Numbered from the stretch's first letter, positions 16,625 through 26,750 are shown. The stretch: 45,741 nt of DNA from a virus (IMGVR_UViG_3300025875_000050:1-45741), one strand, 5' to 3'. Made by a program: numbers and translations. Notes: a model not told the origin generated them from the letters alone.

Positions 16625-18709
16625 TCAGCTGCTCGTGCTGGTGGTGCCGTTCGCGGCGATCGCCACGACCCGGATCCGGGTGGAGTAGTCCACGCCGTCC
16701 ACGGCCCGCCAGTACGGCCAGGTCGCTCCGGGCTGCAGGTTGGTGGCTCGCCGCTGCCACCCGGCGCCGTCGTCCACGAGCACGTCGTGGGACACCACGG
16801 CCGGCTGATCGCCAGTGCGCGCCGGGTTGGTGATCGCCACGAGCACCCGGCCCTGAGCAGGTTCGGGCGTGATGGCCACCAGGGGCACCGCCGGGGGGGT
16901 GTAGGACACCGGGTTGCGGGAGTCCGCCCAGGGCGACCACAGGCCACGGTCTCGTTGGCGGGCCTGCAGGTGCGCCACGGTGCTGTTCGGCAGGCCGGTG
17001 GCGGTGAAGGACCGGGCGGTGGGGTCCTCGATCGTGGCGCCGACGTTCAGGACCACGGTCGGGTCCGGCTGGCCGTTCAGGTCGCCCAGCACCCGCCAGT
17101 CCAGGGCGTCCAGGCGCGGGCTGGAGACCGTGGCGGTGACCCGGTCGGAGGGGATCGTCGCGCCGTTGGCCGGGTTCAGGAACGTCGGCGCCAGGGGCGC
17201 GTCACCCGCGGTGAAGTAGCTGGACGCCGACCACTCCAGGCTCTCCACGCCCTGGGCGTCGGTGGACTTCACGCCCCACTCGTGGTCCCCGACGGCGAAC
17301 GTCCCGGCCGGGGCGTCCCACCACTGGACCGGCGTGACCTCGTAGCGCTCGGTCCACGTCGCCGCGCCCACCAGTCGGTAGCGCAGGCGGTAGGCGGACT
17401 GCGTGTCCCCGGCGTCGGGGTCGTTCAGCGGGAAGGCGAAGCGCGTCTTGGCCGCCCGGTCGATGACTTCCCCGACCGCTGGGGCGGTGAGCGTCGGCGC
17501 TCCCGGGGCGGCGTTGAAGACCAGGGCGTCGCGGGAGACGGTGAACGGCGCAGGGCCGTTGGTCCAGACGTAGGGCGTCCGGCCGTTCGTGATGCCGGGG
17601 ACCGGGGAGACGAACGGCGGCGCGCTCGTGTTCGTCGTCGCCTGGACCACCACGTCTGTCTCCCAGGTGGCGCTGGCACGGAGCCACCGCCGGCGCACCA
17701 GCGGGGCGCCGGTGGCGTTGCTCAGACGGGAAATCAGCCACACGTTCCCGGCGGGGTCGCAGGCGACCGCCCCGTAGTCCGGAGCCTGGACGTCGGCCCT
17801 AGGCACGTTGACGCGCCGGGAGACGGACCCGGTCACCGTGATGTCGTACAGCCGGAAGTAGGGCGTGTACGGGCTGCTGCCGTTGTTGTGGTTGACCGCA
17901 GCCACGAACCGGGTCCCGTCGAAGGCCAGGGACAGCAGCGACCCGTCGATGCCCAAGGTGGACTCGGGCACGGTCGCGCCCTGGTAGGTCCACGCCCCCG
18001 GCGCGCCGCGGGTCCAGCGCCCTACGGTCAGGCCGGTGCCAGCACCGGCGCCGATGGTGCCGCCGGTGATGGCGAGCACGGTGGGGGTCGCCCCGCTGGG
18101 GGTGACGCCGTCGCCGGTGTGGCTGAACTCCAGCGCGACCGGCGGCGGGGTCGACTTCTCGTTGAAGTACCAGTCCTGCTTGCCTGCGGTAGACACCACG
18201 CCGGCCGGGGTGGTGGTGACGCGGATCATCTGCGCGTAGCCGCGGCTCCACGCCGACGACCAGTAGCCGCAGGCGACGAAGGCGACCCGGTTGTCCCCGT
18301 CGCGCATCCCCACGACGCAGGGACTGACCTGGTTGGCCTGGTACTCCGCGATCGCCACGAAGGGCGCGCTGAAGGTGTAGTTCAGGCGGTCCGCGCTCGG
18401 AGTCCCCAGCCGGTAGCAGACGTAGTTGTTGGCCCGGTCGGTGTAGACCAGGTGCAGGTAGTCGTCCTCGTCTAGACGAATGGACACCTCTGGCGTGCGG
18501 AAGTTGGTCGTGGATGACCAGGGCAGCACCAGCTGCTGCGCGAAGGTCACCCCGCCGTCGGTGGAGCGCGAGAGTCGGACGCCGTCAGCCTGCGCGGAGG
18601 CGAACCACTCGACGCCGCCGACCTTGGTCCGCGCCAGGTGGCGGGATCCGACCGGGTAGGTGCCTCCCTGCGCTAGACCCGTAGCGACGGTGGTGACGGC
18701 CATCGTCAT
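16625..18709 (-). CDS. Minor tail / receptor-binding protein (Asp-box N-terminus, FN3/Ig-like C-terminus)
   Basis: SRSTDGGVTF Asp-box; DPDAGDTQSAYRLRYR...W; WSASSYF; WSPW; last tail gene; AGGAGG RBS. Confidence 0.8.
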   Translation of the reverse strand: MTMAVTTVATGLAQGGTYPVGSRHLARTKVGGVEWFASAQADGVRLSRSTDGGVTFAQQLVLPWSSTTNFRTPEVSIRLDEDDYLHLVYTDRANNYVCYRLGTPSADRLNYTFSAPFVAIAEYQANQVSPCVVGMRDGDNRVAFVACGYWSSAWSRGYAQMIRVTTTPAGVVSTAGKQDWYFNEKSTPPPVALEFSHTGDGVTPSGATPTVLAITGGTIGAGAGTGLTVGRWTRGAPGAWTYQGATVPESTLGIDGSLLSLAFDGTRFVAAVNHNNGSSPYTPYFRLYDITVTGSVSRRVNVPRADVQAPDYGAVACDPAGNVWLISRLSNATGAPLVRRRWLRASATWETDVVVQATTNTSAPPFVSPVPGITNGRTPYVWTNGPAPFTVSRDALVFNAAPGAPTLTAPAVGEVIDRAAKTRFAFPLNDPDAGDTQSAYRLRYRLVGAATWTERYEVTPVQWWDAPAGTFAVGDHEWGVKSTDAQGVESLEWSASSYFTAGDAPLAPTFLNPANGATIPSDRVTATVSSPRLDALDWRVLGDLNGQPDPTVVLNVGATIEDPTARSFTATGLPNSTVAHLQARQRDRGLWSPWADSRNPVSYTPPAVPLVAITPEPAQGRVLVAITNPARTGDQPAVVSHDVLVDDGAGWQRRATNLQPGATWPYWRAVDGVDYSTRIRVVAIAANGTTSTSS

Positions 18710-19194
18710 GCCTCCTGGGTGCTGCGCGTTGCGGGCGCGAGCTGGGTCGGGGGGTGGTCGCGGGCGGCGAGCAGGTCGCCCAGCTGGGACAGGGACAGCA
18801 CCTGGGCAGTCCGGGTCCAGCCGTCGTCGTGGTGGACCAGCCACACCTCTCCGGAGGCGGTAGCCGTGTCGGTGACGGTGACGGCCAGGGCCACCGGCTC
18901 GGCGCCGGGGGACAGGCCGGCGTCGGACAGGACCATCAGGCTGGCCTCGAGGTTCAGGTGCTCGATCGTGAGCTGGTCCAGGCGCGCGCGCTGGGCCTCG
19001 TCCATGCCCAGCACGCGCTGCAGGAGCTGGTGCGCGGCGTCGGCCAGTGCCCCGCACGCCACCTCGTAGTCGTGCTCGGCGGCGCGCGCCTCGGCGGCCG
19101 CGGCCTCTGCGGCGGCGGCCTCTGCACGAGCGGCGTCCTCGGCCGCCTGGTCGCGGGCGGCGAGCGCCGCGACGGTCAGGAAGGACGCCGTCAC
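18706..19194 (-). CDS. Tail-region hypothetical protein (162 aa)
   Basis: Coupled ORF, Ala-rich helical N-terminus. Confidence 0.7.
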   Translation of the reverse strand: MTASFLTVAALAARDQAAEDAARAEAAAAEAAAAEARAAEHDYEVACGALADAAHQLLQRVLGMDEAQRARLDQLTIEHLNLEASLMVLSDAGLSPGAEPVALAVTVTDTATASGEVWLVHHDDGWTRTAQVLSLSQLGDLLAARDHPPTQLAPATRSTQEA

Positions 19195-19394
19195 GGCGTG
19201 CCGACCACGAGCAGGCGCCGACCGGTGGGCTGGACGAACACGCGCGTCTGGGCGGCGAGGGTCACCTGCAGGCCGCCAGCGACGCGGGCCGGCGCCGGGG
19301 ACGTCGCACCGTCCAGGAGCACCTGCAGGTCCCTCGAGCCGGTCACGGGGGCCGTGGCCACGACGCCGGTCAGGGTCCGGTTCGTTGCGATCAC
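19191..19394 (-). CDS. Small minor tail protein (67 aa)
   Basis: AAGGAGG RBS; position after the hub-like gene. Confidence 0.65.
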   Translation of the reverse strand: MIATNRTLTGVVATAPVTGSRDLQVLLDGATSPAPARVAGGLQVTLAAQTRVFVQPTGRRLLVVGTP

Positions 19395-20548
19395 GTCGGC
19401 ACCTCCTTCATGGTCAGGGACCCGTTGCTCTCGTTCAGGTGCACCGTCCAGGCGGCCGCGGCGGCCTTGACCGGGGCGCCCACCTCGGCGTCCTCAAGCT
19501 GGTAGACGTCGCCGTGGCCCATCATCGGGAACGGGTTGATCTCCACGGTGCGTTTCGACGCGGCCCGCTGGTCGGCCTCCACGATCGTGGCCGCCTGCGC
19601 GACCAGCGCGGCCTGCGTCTGGGCAGGCAGCTCGCGGACCGCGAGGACCCGGTGGCCGTTGCGGGCGGTGATCGACGTCGGCCCCACCGACAGGTTGTCG
19701 GGCGGGGTGTAGAGGCCGTCGCCCTCGACCGGGGTCAGGTCCCAGCCCTGCGCCACGAAGATCCATGCGTTGGGGATCTGGGTCAGGTCCCGCTGCCGCT
19801 GGCGCACCGGCCCCAGGATCGTGCGGGCGACGTCGTCGGCGGACAGGACGTGCTCGGGCGTCCGCTGGGACACCGGGACCAGCGGGCGGGCGCGCATCTG
19901 CCCGGCCTCGTCCACCCACGGCTTCTCGAAGCCGATGGACGACAGGGCCTCCGCGAGGGGCTGCAGCCATGTCGTGGACGCCAGGCCTCCGCCGGTCGCC
20001 GGGATCAGCGGCCACACCATGTCCTCGGTGAAGGTCGCGTCCTCGCCGGCGGAGTCGAAGAACACGCGCGGCCCGAACGACGTGCGGGCGACCAGGTCCC
20101 GGCACCACGCCAGCACCTTGGTGCCCTTGGTCGCCGTGAGGGTGTTCCCGATCGGGCAGGCGAGCAGGTGCAGCAGGTCCAGGCCCGCCACGGTCCGCTC
20201 GTCGCCGGCGCCCCAGGACTCGCTCGGGCTGGTCAGGATGAACACGCCCAGCCACCAGCGGGCCCGCACGCCCAGCAGGTCGCTGGACAGGTCCAGGTAG
20301 GGCCGCACCCGGTCGCGGTCCCACCCGATCTCCCTGTTCAGGACCAGGGAGCACTCCCGGTGCACGTCGACCGACCCGTCCCAGGACACCGACCCGTCCA
20401 CCAGCGCGGCCGACAGGTCCTCGACCATCCGGCCGTCGTTGTCCACCCGCTCCAGGCCGGCGGAGACCTCCAGGTCGTCACCGGTCAGCAGCGCCATCAC
20501 GACGTCGGGGTCCATGCCCTCGCGCGGGGCGGCGGTCAGGGACTGCAC
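19391..20548 (-). CDS. Minor tail protein (baseplate hub/Tal-like)
   Basis: Second gene after the tape measure; GSVSWD...VHRECSL, LGVF, PWVDEAG. Confidence 0.8.
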   Translation of the reverse strand: MQSLTAAPREGMDPDVVMALLTGDDLEVSAGLERVDNDGRMVEDLSAALVDGSVSWDGSVDVHRECSLVLNREIGWDRDRVRPYLDLSSDLLGVRARWWLGVFILTSPSESWGAGDERTVAGLDLLHLLACPIGNTLTATKGTKVLAWCRDLVARTSFGPRVFFDSAGEDATFTEDMVWPLIPATGGGLASTTWLQPLAEALSSIGFEKPWVDEAGQMRARPLVPVSQRTPEHVLSADDVARTILGPVRQRQRDLTQIPNAWIFVAQGWDLTPVEGDGLYTPPDNLSVGPTSITARNGHRVLAVRELPAQTQAALVAQAATIVEADQRAASKRTVEINPFPMMGHGDVYQLEDAEVGAPVKAAAAAWTVHLNESNGSLTMKEVPT

Positions 20549-20550
20549 GG

Positions 20551-20943
20551 CTAGACCTCCTCGCTGTGGGTGATCTCGGTGATCGCCAAGGTGACCCGCG
20601 CGGACTGCACGCCGTTCATCCGGCCCAGCAGGACGTAGGGGGCCTCCCAGAAGACGCCGTGCAGCTTCCCGCCGACGCCGTCACGGAAGGTCTGCAGGCG
20701 CCCGCACCGGTCCTTCAGGTCCAGGGCGACGTCCAGAGGCACGACCCCCAGCTGCGGGGCCCATGCCTCGGTGCGGCCGGCCCGGCGGACCAGGCGGACC
20801 CGCCCGGCCGCGTTCTCCCGGGCCTCGCCCCGGACCTTGGGGGTCCGCATGGAGTCCCGTAGCATCGGGACCACGACGTAGTCGGCCGGGTCGGCCGCGT
20901 CGTTGATCCACAGCTGCCGCAGCTTCAGCACCGCAGGCGCCAT
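20551..20943 (-). CDS. Minor tail protein (distal tail-like) MAPAVLKLRQLW...
   Basis: TGATG overlap directly after the tape measure. Confidence 0.7.
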   Translation of the reverse strand: MAPAVLKLRQLWINDAADPADYVVVPMLRDSMRTPKVRGEARENAAGRVRLVRRAGRTEAWAPQLGVVPLDVALDLKDRCGRLQTFRDGVGGKLHGVFWEAPYVLLGRMNGVQSARVTLAITEITHSEEV

Positions 20944-23900
20944 CACACCGTCACCGTCCTGTACGCCGTGAGGCTGTTCCGTCGGTTCACCGCGTCGGTG
21001 ACCTTCTGCCCGTCGATGTAGACGTCCCCGTTCGCCGCTTCCGCGACGTCCAGGGCGCGCTCCAGGAGCGCGGTGGCCTGGGCGTAGGCGGCCTGCGCGG
21101 CCGCCACGTTCGCGCCCTGCGCGGCCAGCGCCGGGGAGTACCGGTCGGAGGAGACGTAGGAGCCCAGCCCGTTGCCCACCGCGGTGATCTCCTTCAGGCC
21201 CGCGTTCAGGCCCGCGACCGTGCCCGGCCCGGCCGCGAGCAGTCGGCGGGTGATGTCCAGGCCCTTGGCGCCCTGGGAGGTGATCTGGTCGACCAGCGCC
21301 CCGTCCAGGCCCTGGCCCATCAGCTCCCGCACCGCAGCGTCCAGCTCCTTGGCGCGCGCCACCTGCTTGTCGACGGCAGCCTTCACCGCCGACGCCGACC
21401 CTCCACCGGAGAGCAGGTCGCCCAGGTTGAAGCCACCGGTGACCGCACCGGAGACCTGCTCGGCCAGCGCGAGCGCGTCGGCGCGGATCTTGGCGAGCTT
21501 GGTCTCCTCCTCGCGCAGGCGCTCCGAGGCTGCGGCCTGCGCCTCGCGGGCCGCGGTGACCTTGGCCTCCGCCGCCGCGACCCGCTCGGCCGCCTCGGCC
21601 TTGGCCCGCGCCAGCCGCTCGGCGTCGGCCTTGGCCCGCGCGACCTCCCGCGCGCTGGCCGCCTCCTTGGCCTTGCGCTCGGTCTCCTCGCGCTCGCGGG
21701 TGGCAGCCCGCTCCTGGTCTTCTGCGGCCCGTGAGGCCCGCGCCTCCTCGTCCCTGAAGGACTGCGCGAGTCCGGCTTCCTGCTCCTTGTGCTGCCGGCT
21801 CGCCGCCGCCTCCTCCTCGTCGCGGGCGCGTCGCCACGCCCGCTCCTCGGCCTCCTGGGCCTGCTGCAGCGCCCGGATCTGCTTCTCGTCCTTGGTGCGC
21901 TTCCGCAGGGCCGCCAGCGCGTTCTCCTGGCGGTCCTTCAGCCCCACCATCTCGTCGTCGTTGCCCTGCTTCAGCGCGTCGAAGGCGTCGCTGTTGCGCT
22001 GCTTCAGGGCGTCCAGGGCGTCGTCGTGGCGCTGCTTCAGGACGTCCAGGGCATCGTCGTTGGCCCGCTTCAGCGCGAACAGCTCCGCGTCGTTGGCCTC
22101 GGCCAGCAGGCGCTGGGTCTCGTCGTTGCGCGCCTTCAGGGCCTCCATCCGGGCGTCCTGCTGGGCGTCCAGCGCGGCCACCGCCTGCTCGCCCACCGAC
22201 TTCAGCAGCGCCAGGTCGGCCTCGGCGGCGGCGAGGGCGGCCGCGGCCAGGGAGTCCTGGCCGCGCGCGGCGGAGACGGTGCTGGTGTCGGGCCCGGACA
22301 CCAGCTGCTTCAGCAGCAGCGCGCTCACGCCGGCGTCGGCCTTCACCTGCCCGCCGGCGGCGAACCGCTGTACCCCGCCGACGGCCCCACCGGTGGCGAA
22401 CGCCGCGATCGGCTTCCCCCGGCCCAGGACCCGCTCGCGCATCGCCACGACGGCCTGGTGGCCACCAGCGGCCACGACCTCCTCCGCGGTCCAGACGTGC
22501 TCGCCGTTGGACAGCAGCGCCGGGATCGAGTCCGACGTGCCGGTGCCCGGGCCGATCACCGACCCGCCGGCCGCGCGCTCAAGGACGCGCCCGGCGAAGT
22601 TCCCGCGCTGCACGGTCGTGCCCATGGTCTCGGAGACGGAGATGGTGGCCTTCACCGTGGTGCCGTTGATCTTCTTCAGGTTCGCCAGCAGCCGCTCGGC
22701 GTCGGTCGCGGCCTGGACCAGGCCGGTGGCCTGCAGGGTGGTGGTGACGGCGTTCGGGATCTCGTCATAGGCGGCCGCGTAGCGCTCGACCTGCTCGCGG
22801 GAGTAGCCCTGCGCGACGGCCTGGTCCACGAACTGCTGGCGTAGCTCGGCGGTCTTGGCCGTCAGCTCCTCCGCGGACGCGCCCTGCTCGGCCATCGCCC
22901 GGACCTGCTCGTAGGCGGCGTCGACCGCCCCGCGCATGGCGTCGCGGTTGGCGATCGCCTTGGTGCTGTTGCCCTCCAGCTCGCGGCCGTTCTCCTTGGC
23001 GGCGTCCGCGAGCTTGTGCAGCGCGGACTGGTAGGCGTCGGAGGCCTCCTCCACGCTGAAGTAGCGGGCGAAGATCGCGGACAGGGCGTCGTCCAGCGCG
23101 GAGACGGCGTCCTCGGCCTCGTCGGCGCTGGTGGCCACCCCGGCGAAGGACGCCGCGGCGCCGTCCCCGCCGGCTGCGGCCAGCTCCTCCTGCGCGGCCG
23201 CGTCCGCGAGCGCGTCGCGGTAGGCCGGCAGGTACTCCAGCAGCTCCTCCTGGGACATCCCTGCGGCCTTGGCGGCCTGGGCGTACAGGTCGAACTGCGC
23301 GGCGGCCTTCTCGCTGTTCCCGCTCGTGACGAGCGCTGCGAGGCCGGAGCCCATGGACTCCAGCTGCTCGACCAGCGCCTGCCGCTCGGGGCGGCCCTTG
23401 TCATAGGGCAGGCCCACGATCGACAGCACGTTGGCCGCGGTGTCGTTCAGCCGGTCCAGGCGGGAGGGGTTGGCGAGGGCGTCCAGTCCCTCCTCGAGGG
23501 AGTCGAAGCCCAGGTCGGAGTCGGTGACGCCGGTCTGCAGGGCAGCGAACTGGTCGTTGATCTGCTGCAGCCCGGTGGCCTTGGAGGCCAGCAGCTCGGT
23601 GGACTCCGCCACCGACAGGACCGACTCGTTGGTGTCGTCGATCGCCGCGGTGCCCAGCTGGACCAGCGCGAACGCGGCGCCCAGGACGCCGGCGGCCTTG
23701 GCGGTCTTGCCCAGGCGGCCGGCCAGCTTGTCGTTGCCGTCGGTCAGGGTGCGGATCCCGGAGATGGTGTCCAGCACCCGGGGCGCCAGGGTCAGGAACG
23801 CCCCGCCGATCAGGCCGACGCCGGCGACCAGCACCGCGCCCTGCAGGACGATGGCCTGCATCGGCTCGGGAAGACCGGCGTAGGCGTCGACCGCGTCGGT

Positions 23901-25055
23901 CGCGCCCTGCACCAGCTCGCGCAGGGCGTCGTTCCCGGCGCTGCCGGTCTTGATCAGGGCGGTCTCCAGGGAGCCCTGCAGGAACTCGACGTCGCCGGCG
24001 AGGTTGTCCATCTTGGTGGCCGCGGTGACCGCCGCGTACCCGGAGTCGTCCACCATCGCGGTCCACTCCGCGATGCCGTCGGCGCCCTCGGAGTACAGGA
24101 CGTTCGCGGCGCGGACGGCGTCGGAGCCGAAGATCTGGGCCAGGGCCTGGTCGCGCTGGGCCTGGGTGAGGCCGCCCAGGCGCTCCTGCAACTGGCCGGC
24201 CAGGGACTCGACCCCGACGAAGTCGCCCTGCAGGTCATAGGCGGAGATCCCCAGCTCCTCCATGAGCCGGGCGGACTCCTTGGAGGGGTTCGCCAGGGCC
24301 AGCAGCATCGTGCGGAGGCTGGTGCCGGCGTCGGAGCCGATCAGGCCGTTGGCCGCGAAGGCCGCCAGGGTCCCGGTCGTCGACTCCAGGGACAGGCCCA
24401 TCTGGGAGGACACCAGGCCGGCCTGCTTCAGGGCCCCGGCCAGGTCGGTGACGTCGCCCTGGGCCTTGCCGGCGCCGGCGGCGAGCAGGTCCGCGACGTG
24501 CCCGACGTCGCGGCCCTCGAGCTTGAACTGGGTGAGCGCGGTCGCCGCGATCTCGGCGGAGGAGGCGACGTCCAGGCCACCGGCGGAGGCCAGGGCCATG
24601 GACCCGGCCAGGGCCCCGCCCAGGGTGTCCTCGGTGGCCACGCCGGCCTTGGACAGCTCGGTGATCGCCTGCGCGGCCTCGGTGGCGCTGAACTGGGTGT
24701 CAGCACCGGCCTGCAGCGCGGCCTCGCGCAGCAGGTCCATCCCGTCCGCGGTCTCGTGGGTGGCGGCCTTCACCTCCGACATCTGCTTGTCGAAGTCGGC
24801 GTAGCTCTTGATCGCCACGGCGGCGCCGGCGGCCGCGGCGGCCCCGACGCCCAGCAGCGCGGTGCCGGTCGTGGTCCAGGCGCGCTCGTTCTTGGACGCG
24901 GACTGCACCAGCTGGCCCATGGCGGTGGTCGCCTGGGTGGAGGACTCCTTGGACTTCTTCCCGACCTGCTCCGTCGCCTTGGTCGCGGCGTCCATCTGGC
25001 GCCGGAAGTCACCGATCTCGGCGCGCAGGGTGACGAGCACGGAACGGTCGGCCAC
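20943..25055 (-). CDS. Tape measure protein (TP901 family)
   Basis: About 1370 aa, Ala-rich; FDKQMSEV, TQFSATEAAQA, GSDAGTSLRTML, GPGTGTSDSIPALLSNGE; AGGAG RBS before GTG 25055. Confidence 0.95.
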   Translation of the reverse strand: MADRSVLVTLRAEIGDFRRQMDAATKATEQVGKKSKESSTQATTAMGQLVQSASKNERAWTTTGTALLGVGAAAAAGAAVAIKSYADFDKQMSEVKAATHETADGMDLLREAALQAGADTQFSATEAAQAITELSKAGVATEDTLGGALAGSMALASAGGLDVASSAEIAATALTQFKLEGRDVGHVADLLAAGAGKAQGDVTDLAGALKQAGLVSSQMGLSLESTTGTLAAFAANGLIGSDAGTSLRTMLLALANPSKESARLMEELGISAYDLQGDFVGVESLAGQLQERLGGLTQAQRDQALAQIFGSDAVRAANVLYSEGADGIAEWTAMVDDSGYAAVTAATKMDNLAGDVEFLQGSLETALIKTGSAGNDALRELVQGATDAVDAYAGLPEPMQAIVLQGAVLVAGVGLIGGAFLTLAPRVLDTISGIRTLTDGNDKLAGRLGKTAKAAGVLGAAFALVQLGTAAIDDTNESVLSVAESTELLASKATGLQQINDQFAALQTGVTDSDLGFDSLEEGLDALANPSRLDRLNDTAANVLSIVGLPYDKGRPERQALVEQLESMGSGLAALVTSGNSEKAAAQFDLYAQAAKAAGMSQEELLEYLPAYRDALADAAAQEELAAAGGDGAAASFAGVATSADEAEDAVSALDDALSAIFARYFSVEEASDAYQSALHKLADAAKENGRELEGNSTKAIANRDAMRGAVDAAYEQVRAMAEQGASAEELTAKTAELRQQFVDQAVAQGYSREQVERYAAAYDEIPNAVTTTLQATGLVQAATDAERLLANLKKINGTTVKATISVSETMGTTVQRGNFAGRVLERAAGGSVIGPGTGTSDSIPALLSNGEHVWTAEEVVAAGGHQAVVAMRERVLGRGKPIAAFATGGAVGGVQRFAAGGQVKADAGVSALLLKQLVSGPDTSTVSAARGQDSLAAAALAAAEADLALLKSVGEQAVAALDAQQDARMEALKARNDETQRLLAEANDAELFALKRANDDALDVLKQRHDDALDALKQRNSDAFDALKQGNDDEMVGLKDRQENALAALRKRTKDEKQIRALQQAQEAEERAWRRARDEEEAAASRQHKEQEAGLAQSFRDEEARASRAAEDQERAATREREETERKAKEAASAREVARAKADAERLARAKAEAAERVAAAEAKVTAAREAQAAASERLREEETKLAKIRADALALAEQVSGAVTGGFNLGDLLSGGGSASAVKAAVDKQVARAKELDAAVRELMGQGLDGALVDQITSQGAKGLDITRRLLAAGPGTVAGLNAGLKEITAVGNGLGSYVSSDRYSPALAAQGANVAAAQAAYAQATALLERALDVAEAANGDVYIDGQKVTDAVNRRNSLTAYRTVTV

Positions 25056-25088
25056 GGGGGTCTCCTGGGCGTCGGGGTGGTGCTGGCA

Positions 25089-25142
25089 GGTGGGTGGATG
25101 CACGCGCTGCAGCCCCGCCAGCGGGTGCTGGCGGGGCTGCAG
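25089..25142 (-). promoter_or_regulatory. 16-bp perfect hairpin plus GGTGGGTGGATGCACGC box upstream of the tape measure gene
   Basis: Stem 25107-25122/25127-25142; box 25089-25105. Confidence 0.6.
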
Positions 25143-25152
25143 GTGGAGCGGG

Positions 25153-25559
25153 TCAGGCGCCCGGCGGGCCGGGCATCATCTGCGGGTCGACGTCGGCGGG
25201 GTCCATGGCCAGGACCAGGCGCGGCAGGGTGCCGTGCTCGGCCTCCTTGCCGTCAGCGCCCCGCCACTCCTCGAGGGCGGCGCGGGCGTGGCAGATCAGG
25301 TGTCCGTCGACCTCCCAGGCGCCCAGGGTGTCGTCGTTCCAGGCCAGGCGCTTGGGCTGCCCGCACCCGCACGAGCACAGGGAGTCCTCGAAGACGGTCA
25401 GCGCCAGCGCCAGCGCCCGGTCCCACTCGGTCGGGGCCTTGGACGGCTTGCGCCCGAACCGCAGGACGCTGTGGGCCCACCCGTAGTCCCGGGCGGTCCG
25501 CAGCTCTTGGATCAGCCCAGCGTTGCGGCCCTCCGCGAGGCACCGCGCGAGGTAGGGAC
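25153..25559 (-). CDS. Tail assembly chaperone, C-terminal (-1 frame) extension
   Basis: EWDRALALAL...CSCGCGQP...CHARAA; no good independent start; overlaps 25512..26108 in the -1 frame. Confidence 0.75.
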
Positions 25560-26108
25560 CGACGGCACCTGCACGCCGCCGCGCAGCTGCTGGGCGGCCA
25601 TCACGAGCTTGTCGATCTCCCCGTCCCCGACGGCCTCGCGCAGCCGCTTCAGCTGGGCGACGGTGGAGGACGGGGCAACGATCGCGGTGGCCAGGGAGTA
25701 GACCGCGACCGCGCGCGGGTCGACGTCGTCGCCGGTGACCGGGACGCCGTCGGCCTTGGCGGCCTTCACCGCGGCGCGGGCCTCGCCCTCGGTGATGCCG
25801 CGCAGTCGGAACGGGATCGCGGAGGCCAGCATCTGCTCGCGCACGGCCCGGAACTCCTCCAGCAGGGACTCGGCGCTGTCCTCGTCCATGCCGCGCTCGC
25901 CGTCCTCGGCGGGGCGGGCGCGCTCGACCTCGGTGGCGATCTCGTCCAGGCGGGCTCGCAGGTCCGCCCGGGTGATCACCGACACGGTGCGCTCGGGCCG
26001 CTTGGCGCCGGAGATCGCGGCGTCCAGGTCGAAGTCGGCCGGCAGGACGGCGTGGTGCTCGGGGACCACCGCGGTGGTCTCGCCGGCGCTGGTGCTGTTC
26101 TCGCTCAT
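25512..26108 (-). CDS. Tail assembly chaperone
   Basis: Between major tail and tape measure; GGAGAG RBS. Confidence 0.85.
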   Translation of the reverse strand: MSENSTSAGETTAVVPEHHAVLPADFDLDAAISGAKRPERTVSVITRADLRARLDEIATEVERARPAEDGERGMDEDSAESLLEEFRAVREQMLASAIPFRLRGITEGEARAAVKAAKADGVPVTGDDVDPRAVAVYSLATAIVAPSSTVAQLKRLREAVGDGEIDKLVMAAQQLRGGVQVPSVPTSRGASRRAATLG

Positions 26109-26222
26109 GGGTCTCTCCGCAGGTCGGTGTGGTGCTCGGGTGCCCGCAGGTCGGGGGGGTGGTGCACCGGGCCGGGGCGACCTGCGGGGGACTCCCCGGC
26201 CCGGCGGTCCAGCGCGTGCTGG

Positions 26223-26750
26223 TCAGCTCCCCGCCGCAGGGGCGGCGCCGACCTTCACGTTCTGCACAGACTGCCCGTCCACGCCCATCGGGACGACCAT
26301 CTTGATGTAGCCGGTGCGCTCGGTCGGGGCCTGCGGGTCGTCGCAGGTGACCTCGGCGCCGAAGCGGACCTCGTCGCCGTCCGCGAAGGGGACGCGGGAC
26401 TTGGGGCCCCACCGCTCGTACAGCCACCCGTGGACGCCCTTGGCCTCGAAGATCTTGAAGGCCACGTCCGCGTCCGGGTCGGAGCGCCCGGACTCCAGCA
26501 GGTAGCGGAAGAACGTCATGGCCACGGTGAAGTTGGACGCCCCGTAGGTCGTGCTGTTGCCCTCGTCGGCCAGGGACTTCTCGGCCAGCGCGTCGGAGCC
26601 GGAGGGCCCGAAGGTGTACGGGGAGGCCAGCACCGCCTTGGACAGGTCGACGCCGGCGTTCAGCTCGGCGGCGGTGGGGTGCTCGGGGTCGGTCGGCGCC
26701 TCGGCCAGGAACACCAGCTTGGTGCGGCCGTCGGCCAGGGTCTTAGCCAT
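26223..26750 (-). CDS. Major tail protein
   Basis: MAKTLADGRTKLVFL...PTAAELNAGVDLS; position; GAGGAG RBS. Confidence 0.9.
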   Translation of the reverse strand: MAKTLADGRTKLVFLAEAPTDPEHPTAAELNAGVDLSKAVLASPYTFGPSGSDALAEKSLADEGNSTTYGASNFTVAMTFFRYLLESGRSDPDADVAFKIFEAKGVHGWLYERWGPKSRVPFADGDEVRFGAEVTCDDPQAPTERTGYIKMVVPMGVDGQSVQNVKVGAAPAAGS

